Of a DNA stretch of 56,581 nucleotides, positions 34,920-43,809 are shown piece by piece; position 1 is the stretch's first letter, and each line of letters begins with the position of its first letter. The stretch is from contig QPMI01000465.1 in NCBI GenBank assembly GCA_004431415.1, positions 1 to 56,581 on the forward strand. Reading direction: 5' to 3'. The notes below the pieces were generated by a model. That model did not search any database. It was not told where the DNA came from and saw only the letters and a list, made by a program, of their open reading frames with translations. The DNA is from Cyanophora paradoxa CCMP329. Lineage: Eukaryota > Plantae > Glaucophyta. The translations under genes and the position numbers were made by a program.

Positions 34920-37900
34920 ATGCCCCGAATTACCAACAAACTCATAAGGGAGAAGAAATGGGAACTCATGGGATTGCTGGAACACTATATGCAGCCCATG
35001 AAATAACAGAGGCTGAATATGACCGGGAAATAGATTTAATTGCAAGGGCAGACCCACTTTAAGCAGATTAACCAGAAAAGCAAATAACCTATATGATAAA
35101 ATTGAAACCTTGGATGAACTGGATAGGCTTAGGCAAATAGAACCAGAGGCAGAAGATGGAACAGCCATGAATGAATTATATCGCTGGCTCACATACAGAG
35201 CCAGAAGGGAAGTTGTTGTAGATGTGATTGAATTCCTGGATAGAATTGCTACATCCCTTCCAAATCGATTAAAGCAGGGTTTAGATCAATTCAGGGCAAT
35301 CAAGGTTCGCTTGTCTTTTATCTGCAAGTTCGTTAAAGTGAGCAATCCACAGGTTTGGATATCGAAATACATTTACAGTGATTACTTTGTATTAACCAGG
35401 TCGAGAAATATTCGAACTGAGCTGAATAAAGCAGCCCAAATGTGTCAGGAGCAGATGAATGTGGTTGATAGCTATCGCTTAGAAAGAATTGAAATACTCA
35501 GAGTGGCTATTATGAGTTATGCTCCAACTGGTGGATGCTTTCTACAAACCCCAGAGTGGATTGCTAGGAAGAGAGCCACAGTGAATATTCGAAATATAGA
35601 TGATTCCTGCTTCGAAAATGCGATTTTAGCCTCGATTTACAGAAAATCTATTAACTCCCATAAGAGGAATGAGCTTTCACAATATCGCAAATGGAAATAC
35701 TCAGCAATCGCTTATAATCCGCTGGCTCTCAATTTCGACAATATCCCATTCCCTGTTGCCTGTGATGCTGAAATAATTGATAAATTCGAGGCTCAAAATG
35801 CAGGCATTAGCATTAATATATTCGGAATCGATGGAGAGGTTGTTTATCCCCTGCATCAATCCAGTTACCCAGGCAGAAAGCATAAGGTTAATCTCATGCT
35901 GATATTTGATGATGAAGGGAATGGTCATTATATTACAATCATGTCCCTTTCAAGATTATTGAAAGTAAACCATGAAACATACAATGATCAGAAGTTACAC
36001 TACTGTGACACATGCTTATCTCGATTCAGGTCTGAGGCTAAACTCACTGCTCATGTGGACTCAAATAGATGCATTGATTGGAGACTCTCAAAGGGAATCA
36101 CACCAAAACCTGAGACCACCATAGAGTTTGGACTGAAAAACCTCAGGAAAACTGTTTGGCTTCCTGTTGTGGTTTACTGCAAGATTGAACATAGAAGCAT
36201 CCCCATTGATGCATCAAAATCTAAGAGGGAAGTCTCAGCAGTCAACCTGAGAGTAGTCACTGGGGCAGATGTTCAGGAGTTTCGATTTGAGGGTCAGGAT
36301 CCAATGGGAGGTCTCTTTGAATGCTTGGAGTCCAAAGCAAGAGAACTAATCGATTTCCTGTTTACCAACATTCCTATGAATGAACTCACAGATGAGCAGA
36401 AAGCAATTTACAGAGCTACCAAACACTGTTACCTTTGCAGTGAGAGGTTCACTAAGGAGAACTTCAAATGCAGGGATCATGATCACCACACAGGTCATTA
36501 TATTGCTCCTGCATGCAGAAACTGCAATCTCCATAGGAGAATCTCAAAGCAAACCAAAGTTGCAGTAGTTGTTGACCAAATGGATGACTGTGGGACATTC
36601 ATTTTCAGAAAAATAGCAGGCATGGGTGATAAAAAGCGAATCGAAATCCTTTCGAAAAACTTTGATCAATACCTTTCATTGCAATGGGGTCTTTACAAGT
36701 TCATTGATGCAAGCAATTTCATGGATTTTGGAGCTGCTGATGTAGATGAGTTAATGAACAAATTCCAAGCCTTCAGAAGGCTTTCACACTCAGTATATGG
36801 ACTTGACCCAGTTCATTATGTATCTGCACCTGGGTTATCTTGGGATGCTATGCTTAGGACCACCGAGGCAAAAATAGAGCTTATAAGTGATGTAGAGCAA
36901 TACGAATTTGTTGAGAGGGGAATCAGGGGTGGCTTTGCAACAATGCCTTGTAGGTATGCTGAGGCTGATGGTGAGAACTCCCACATTATGCTGTTTGATG
37001 CTAACAACTTGTATGGCTACTGTTTGAGTCAGCCAATTCCAGTTGGTGATTTTAGATGGGAGACCGAATTCAACCCACAAGATAACAGATCCAGTTTCCT
37101 GGAAGTTGATCTGGAATACCCAATAAGGCTATATCTAGACCACAGTGATTTCCCCTAATTATTAACAAGAAAATAGTAGAATATGCGGAATTATCACAAT
37201 ATCAAAAGAGCCTGTTGGATCTTTCAGGAGAAGAGCTTGATAAGACCCCTAAGCTAACTGCAACCTTTGGTTCTGTGGCAAACTATGTGATTTCTGAGCC
37301 TCTTCTGCAATATCTGTTGGACAAAGGTGTGAAATTAAAGAAAATTCACAGGGTCCTCTCATTTACTGTGGCTCCTGTAATGAAACCCTACATTGAGCTG
37401 AATACTGAGATGAGAAGGAAAGCAGTGAATAAATTCGAGGCTGATTTCTATAAACTCATGAATAACTCAATCTATGGGAAATGCATTGAATCTTGCAGAG
37501 GTAGATCTGTGGTTAAGATTGCAAACAGTGAGAAACTGTTTATGAAATATGCAGCTTCCCCATTGGTGAAATCAACAAGTCCCATAAACGAAAGGGCAGT
37601 TGCCTTTGAGTTTTACACAAAACATGTGAAGCTAGATAAGCCAGTTGCAATTGGGGCTTATGTTTTGGATGCTGCCAAACTGCATAACTACAAGTTCTTC
37701 TATGATACTGTGAGGTCCCAATGGTCCAAAGCCAAGTTACTATTCCATGATACTGACTCCTTCTGTCTATATATTGAATCTAAGACCTTACAAAAAGATA
37801 TAGAGAATATATCTTATGCCTTGGACCTAGGGGGATCTAACAGAATGACCCCAGGTAAATACAAAAATGAGATGCCAGGTTCTGCTATATTGGAGTATGT

Positions 37901-38162
37901 GGGTCTGAGAGCCAAAGTTTACAGTTTCAGAACAGCTGAGATTGAGAGAAGTAAGCTATCTGGGACTTCCACTGAGGAACTCCAATTCAATGATTTTAAG
38001 GAGTGTTTATTTGCAGGTATCAGCAAGACTGTGACTGCAAAGCAGAAGAGAAGGGCAGATCACACAATAATAGATACTGTGAGTAGAAGGGTTGCCCTAA
38101 ACTGCTTTGATGCAAAGAGATACATCTTACCAGATGGTATTAATTCTGTTCCTTTTAATTAA
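34920..38162 (+). CDS. Protein-primed family B DNA polymerase (Polinton/adintovirus type) with EndoVII-like zinc insert (frameshifted)
   Basis: CYLC...RDHDHHTG...CRNCNL; YGLDPVHYVSAPGLSWDAML; GIRGG; DANNLYG; KLMNNSIYGK; HDTDS; RAKVYS; DAKRY. Confidence 0.93.
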
Positions 38163-38165
38163 GAG

Positions 38166-39551
38166 ATGCCAGCAACTGGAAGAATAGTTAGGAGAACCAC
38201 TGAGCAACTACAAGGTAACCTACTGCCTATCACAGTTCCAAAGGAGGAAAAAGGGGAATCTCGAATTGTCAAAAAGTCTGAGATGAAAGAGCTTGTCCCA
38301 GTAGAGATCCCAGTTGCTATTGCAGTGAAAGAAACCAGTAAGATTGCCAAGAGATTCTATGATGTGAGAACTGGTTACAAAGGGCTTCAAGCTATGAGGG
38401 CTGAGTTACCAGATGAATCCTATAAGCAGTTGCAAGAGTTCTATAAAAAGCAAGAGGTAGTTCAGATCAATGCACCTGCTATATCTAGAAAGAGAGATCC
38501 CATGGTCCCAATAAGGCAACCCCTTGATACCTATGTGATTGATTTGCTCTTTTTCCCAGCTTATAAGAAACAAAACAATGGCTATGATACCTTTATGACT
38601 GCAATGGAATCCACACTGAGAACTGGGTATATCATACCTATTAGGGATAAATCAGCTCTCACTACATTAGCTGCATTTAAACAGCTTGAGATGAGAGTAG
38701 CAAGACCCATAGTAAAGGTTCAATCAGATGCTGGAAGTGAGTTCCAAAATCGAATATTCCAGGAGTATCTATCTAGTAAATACATAGAACACCAAGTGAG
38801 TGGAACTGCAGACCACAGAAGCCAAGGTCGAATTGAAGCCTTTAACAAGCAGATTAAGAGATTGATCACAAACTACTGCATAGCTAATAATACAGCTAGA
38901 TTCTTTGATGTGTTAGGTGATATTGAGTATAATTACAATAATACAGTTCACTCAGCTACTAAGATGAAGCCAGGCGAAACTACAGAGGAGCATTATAGGT
39001 ATATAGTGGGATTAGAAGATGAAAGATTCAAGAAATCAATAGCTTATCTTGATACCATGCAGCCTGGCATGTTTGTTAGAGTGAAAGTAGAGAAGAACCC
39101 CTTTGCAAAACAGGGTAACAATTGGTCTAGGATGGTTTACACTGTTGATAGTAGAGAAGGCTTCAAGTTTAAGCTAAAGAGTCCCACTGGAGAGATCATA
39201 GATAACAGGTTTGCTTTCCATGAGCTGTTGCCTGTGAATGCAGTTGAGTATCTGGAAACCCCTACAGTAGATGCCTTAGAGCAAGCTAAAGAGGAAGCTA
39301 GGGTTGATGCTGCTATAAGGAGAGAGGGCATAGAAGCTGCTAATGAAGTCCCAGATAAGCCTTTGATAGAGGCTAGAAAGGAGAAGGCTGGGAAAGTTAA
39401 CAGGGAACTCAAAAAGCTCACTATAGCAGGAACACAGAAACTTTCAGAAGTGAATAGCCAGAGATGGTATAATGACTTTCAGACTACTAAGGAGTCATAT
39501 ACAGCCCCTAAACCTCAAAGAACACTAAGAGAAAGGACCAAAACTAGCTAG
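38166..39551 (+). CDS. Retroviral-like (rve) DDE integrase
   Basis: VIDL, QSDAGSEF, GRIEAFNKQIK, YNNTVHSATKMKP; intact 461-aa ORF. Confidence 0.93.
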   Translation: MPATGRIVRRTTEQLQGNLLPITVPKEEKGESRIVKKSEMKELVPVEIPVAIAVKETSKIAKRFYDVRTGYKGLQAMRAELPDESYKQLQEFYKKQEVVQINAPAISRKRDPMVPIRQPLDTYVIDLLFFPAYKKQNNGYDTFMTAMESTLRTGYIIPIRDKSALTTLAAFKQLEMRVARPIVKVQSDAGSEFQNRIFQEYLSSKYIEHQVSGTADHRSQGRIEAFNKQIKRLITNYCIANNTARFFDVLGDIEYNYNNTVHSATKMKPGETTEEHYRYIVGLEDERFKKSIAYLDTMQPGMFVRVKVEKNPFAKQGNNWSRMVYTVDSREGFKFKLKSPTGEIIDNRFAFHELLPVNAVEYLETPTVDALEQAKEEARVDAAIRREGIEAANEVPDKPLIEARKEKAGKVNRELKKLTIAGTQKLSEVNSQRWYNDFQTTKESYTAPKPQRTLRERTKTS

Positions 39552-39777
39552 TTTCATAGCCGAAAACTCGTTTTTTCCAAATATATGTATGACAGATATA
39601 CATATATGCATATGATATACACATAGTCTTGTAGAGCATATCAAGCGCTTCACAGCGCTATGCAGAACGTTGCGTTTTGATGATCTGGTGATGAGATATA
39701 ACAGTTTGAAGATGCAAAAGTCACTTGCCATAGTGGACTTGGTGAAACACTAGCCCAGGAATCGATTTGACTGAAAA

Positions 39778-39895
39778 GCGTTTTTGGCTCAGCGGTTAAG
39801 ACGCTTGGATTTCCGAGTCGCAGTTCAAATCCGCTCGAGAACCTTTACTTCGTTCGCCGTGAAACTTGAAAAGTAAAAAAAAAACGCGTTTTTTT
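39778..39895 (+). ncRNA. tRNA-like element with Pol III A/B boxes (not a canonical tRNA)
   Basis: A box TGGCTCAGCGG, stem CTTGG-attt-CCGAG, B box GTTCAAATCC, A-rich tail, then T7. Confidence 0.45.
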
Positions 39896-40441
39896 CTAGA
39901 TTAATGCTGTACCCGTCTGGAAAATCAATATTCACGTTTGCTGCGATATCTCAGCACCACGTTATCAAATCGATGCGCTTGAAACGTCATAAAATCGAGC
40001 ATTTCAAGGCGGTCTGAGCGCTTATCAGCCATATCGACATTTCGATAACCCTGACTCGAAATCGCGATGAAACCGATTTTGAATTTTGAATATAAATTCG
40101 AATTAAATCCATAAAACGTGAGTTTTTAATATAGATCACCAGGAAGTTATCAAATCGATGCACTGACGATCGAATATAATCACATATATCATACATAACA
40201 ATAACTTGCAATCACATATACGAATCTCGATGTGTATACATCGCTATTACGATTAAAGCGAGTTTTGAAATTCAAAATAATTCGATTAAATTCGATTATA
40301 ACTCACAAATCGCGATTTTTAACCATATACTTATCAATTCGATCCACTTATGATATCTAATAATCCACTGTATTATATAGCTTCGATTAACGTGATCACA
40401 TATATGAAAACATCAATCTAACATTGCATTTAGTAAGCATC

Positions 40442-41285
40442 TCCCCTAGATTCCCCCTATTATATAATATTTATATTAAAGTGGACTCAAGGTTGACTCA
40501 TATTAATCGTAAAAGTAGTAAAGGTATATGGATTTTGTTACGAATTCAATGCAAGGGTTGACTAAGTGGGTTGAGTTGACTCAAATTTCACAGGAAATAT
40601 TTGGGACCAAAAGTTTTCTAAAAAGGATTTCACAAAATGTGTCAACTCCCCCCACTTAGTCAACCCTGACCATAAACAGTAAGGATTTGAGCTAACATGT
40701 ATCACAAAGTGAACATTTTGAGTCCACTTAGAAGATCCACTTTTGAAATCAAAGTTGATTTTGCTTGAAATTTCAAAGTTGATCTAAAAGTGAGTCCACC
40801 CTGATTGATTATGGTAACAAAGTTGACTAAGTTGACTAAGTTGAGTCATCTTAAGAAATTCAAGGAGACTAAGAGTTCAAAATGTTTATGAAAAGTGAGT
40901 CAACTTAGACCACTTATGGTAACAAAGTTAAATATTTAATTGATTTAATCGGAAAAGAACATGATTTAATCGAATTTATTGATATAATTCCGATAAGATT
41001 CATTTAGGATTCAATTTAGATCAATCGAAGTTATTGATATAATTCCGATTAACTACAATTAAGATACAATATCGATTAATCGAGTTTATCGATATAATAT
41101 CGATTAAATTAATTGAAATTGCATATAAAAATATGAAAATTCATGTGAAAATATGAAAATTCATGTGAAAATTCAAATAAATTAATCGATTTTATTGATA
41201 TAACATCGAATCACACATATGAATATTCATATTTTAATCCTGAGGCGGAACGCCGAGGGATTAAAATATGAATATTCATATGTGT
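40442..41285. repeat. Right terminal inverted repeat with terminal hairpin 41213-41285
   Basis: Reverse complement of 13770-14608. Confidence 0.95.
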
Positions 41286-41291
41286 GGCAAG
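41286..41291. other. Target-site duplication GGCAAG (right)
   Basis: Matches 13764-13769. Confidence 0.92.
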
Positions 41292-42294
41292 CTGCACGGA
41301 AAGCAGGACAGACATTACGCATATGGGATGGATCATGACAATGATAGCAAGCCCGTGGGCGAGTAGGGCCAGAGGCCGCCAGACGAGGGCCGGGAGGGCG
41401 AGCAGCGAAATTCTGTGAGCGACCATACGGCATGCCTGTGACAGTATTCTGCGTAAACTGCTGCAACTGCTGCTGATACATTTGTTCAGTTAACAAAAGT
41501 TGGCGCTCCTGAAAATCATCAGTAGCCTGGTTTACATTTTGCAGTCTAAGAGCACGATCAAGGCCTAGCTGATTGATGCGTTGGATCTTTTTGAGTTGGT
41601 CTCTAAGTGCGATATAAAGAGCAGAATAATCACGGGCCTCGGCTAACGCTATATTATCGAGAGTGTCCAAAGCAAATTCTTTGTTTAGAGGGTTATTCCA
41701 ACGGGTAATATTATAGTGGAGACGTTTGCGTTCGCGCTCAGTAAGGGGCTCACGTGTACGTGCAGCACGCTCACGCGCAGTGTTGCCCGAAGATGATCCT
41801 TCACCGCCATTGTTCGATGTCAAATCGACAAGTGGGACCGACGAAATGGGCGGAGTTGGAATCGGGGCTGGATTGGCGGTGGCAGTACCTATGGTACGAG
41901 CTGCAATCACTTCGCCGAGGTAATGTTCAATGGCTGCGAAACGCTGATTGAACGCCTCTACGGTTTGGTCTGCAATCTGCTGGGATGGGGTTGGCACTGT
42001 TGGGCCATGCGTTCCGATGCAAATATTCGAGCCTGAAGGAGTGATAACTGGCGGGCCGGGCTCCGGGGCCGGCGCCTCAGGGGTGGGCGTTGGAGGAACA
42101 GGGGGTGGGCTACTGGGGCCAGCAGAGGGCGCCACAGTCGGATCGGGCGGATTGGGAGAGGGAGTCGCGGTTTTGGCTCTCTTCGCACCCCGGGCGCCAT
42201 TTGCGACCGGGCAAACGAGGAGCGCAAGGATACACACAATTAGGACGAAACGGGAGAGCTGGAGGCGCCCGCGGGGGCGCGCTAGGGCTGCCAT
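41286..42294 (-). CDS. Gag-like ORF of the retrotransposon (C-terminus split by the virus; continues below 13764)
   Basis: Pro-rich region, helical region and CCHC knuckle CYHCHDPSHMRNVC; the ATG abuts repeat A. Confidence 0.8.
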
Positions 42295-42523
42295 GGGAGC
42301 AAGAAGCGAAGCTGCTATCAAGCAACTCTGAAGAGAAGCTGCAGCAGCTGCAGCGATAGCTCACTGCTGCAGCTCTTAGGAAGCTCGTAGGACTTGTTGC
42401 AGGTGCAACAAGTACCCAAGAAGTACTTGTTGCGAAGCAACAAAGAGTGCGAAATTTATGTAACAATATACATTATTCACGCTGTCCGAAGTACGTTATA
42501 CTACGTTCCTCGTATAACAACTA
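42294..42523. repeat. Split direct repeat A (5'-terminal copy, 230 bp)
   Basis: Identical to 12774-13003. Confidence 0.93.
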
Positions 42524-43800
42524 ACCCCGGTACCATCTTCTTGGTTGCAACTAATACAGGACGCACCCGGATATTCGACTGCAAACTCCAAATAAACGAT
42601 TGAAATTCTAAGAATTACAAAATAATCGAATCGAACTGACCTCATATGTAGGTGCAAAACTAAGTTTTATTAGGTCTCTTGCGATAAAGCCAGCATTCAC
42701 CAAAGAGACTCCACACATAGCTTCCACACAATCCTCTTCGTCAGCAACGTCCTTGGAGTTCACACTTAAAGGTTCCGAAGAGAATCCTGCCAGAAACCCA
42801 TCCGGAAAAGTTGCTAGTTGCGAAACATGCCCCCTATCTTTGCAAACATAACCTGCATACACAATCGATCAGTACCCTCCAGGAACAAAGGCAACGTCGA
42901 CGCACAAAACCAGGACTCCTTGTCTGGACCAGGAAAGCCTTGTACATGTGTGTGCACGGGCGAGCTGGCCTTTTCCAGGCATGGACGACAAAACCGTATT
43001 GGGCAGCTAATTATAAATGGAATTTTAAGGGGCACATCAGGATTTTTTAGACGACAGTAAAAGACGAACTGTGTGGTGGAGCATTTGTCGTGCTCTTCTC
43101 CAGTAACCGGACCCCGGCATACGCAACAGTCTTTGACAACCGCAAGCAGAGGTTTCAGTGCAGGCGAGAGTGAGGAATCTGGAAACAAGATTAGATACGG
43201 AAACAAGATCAACAAAGATCACGAGCTTACCAGAGATCTCGGGCGAAGGATGAGTCAGCATGTGCTGCTTGTATAAGGTCAGATCAGCATCCGTCCAAGC
43301 ATGCATCTGTACATCTGGTTGATGATCGGGCAAATTCGATCGCCCCTGCTGTTCGCGTTTGGGTGGGCCCGCGGCCGTCTTGGCTGATCGCCCGGCATCT
43401 TGTTCGTTCTGCTCGCCCAGTTGCTGGGCCTTGGCCAGCGCCAGCGCCTCGAGGTCGGCGTCCTTGCCATGCGCTGGCACCTCGAGCTCCGGGACGTGTC
43501 CAGCGCTAGCTGCAGCTTGCGATGGATCTTGAATGCTAGTGCCTTCTGCTAAATTGCTCGCACTCACTTCTGAATCGCCTAAAGCTGCCGGAGAACGAAG
43601 CGGCGGACTCAGCACGGAGAACGGATCCAGACCCTCGGGCGCATTGATCATCGGAAAGAGCGCAGGCTGGTCTCCACCTCTCCCCACATCCTCGGCAAGA
43701 TTGTCTGAGATGCCAAGGTCATCCATGCCGACAACATACCCCCCCCCCCCCCCCCCACCACCACCACCACATCACACCTCTGTGACGCTGCTGCTGGAGG
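42524..43800 (-). pseudogene. 5' part of the interrupted host gene, with an ADD/PHD-type zinc finger
   Basis: CCVCRG...C...CPIRFCRPCL; removing a GTGCGT...TGCAG intron (~42853-42905) gives ESWFCYVC. Confidence 0.6.
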
Positions 43801-43809
43801 GTCGACGTC

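Larger units (their letters stand above)
13770..41285. mobile_element. Endogenous Polinton-like/virophage-like DNA virus, complete, 27.5 kb
   Basis: TIRs, 6-bp TSD, sharp drop in GC, dense intronless genes: MCP, pentons, ATPase, pPolB, rve integrase, primase-helicase. Confidence 0.95.
9214..42523 (-). mobile_element. Tyrosine-recombinase retrotransposon (DIRS order, PAT-like split direct repeats), ~5.8 kb net, interrupted by the virus
   Basis: gag, RT, RNase H, MT and YR domains; repeat A at 42294-42523 = 12774-13003; repeat B at 9217-9277 = 13004-13064; TA at both junctions. Confidence 0.9.

Noticed and set aside
14730-38162. Many frameshifts suggesting a dead virus or programmed frameshifting
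   Set aside because: Small indels affect viral, retroelement and host ORFs alike, the TIRs are near-identical and catalytic motifs are intact. Assembly error is the simpler explanation; polishing is needed.
39778-39845. Functional tRNA gene
   Set aside because: The anticodon loop has only 4 nt and the D and T stems have mismatches; kept only as tRNA-like.
41227-41285. Gag ORF C-terminus HTYEYSYFNPSAFRLRIKI
   Set aside because: Read-through into the viral hairpin, not the native Gag end.
12774-42523. 230-bp direct repeats as LTRs bounding the virus
   Set aside because: They lie outside the TIR/TSD boundaries and pair with repeat B as split direct repeats of the YR element.
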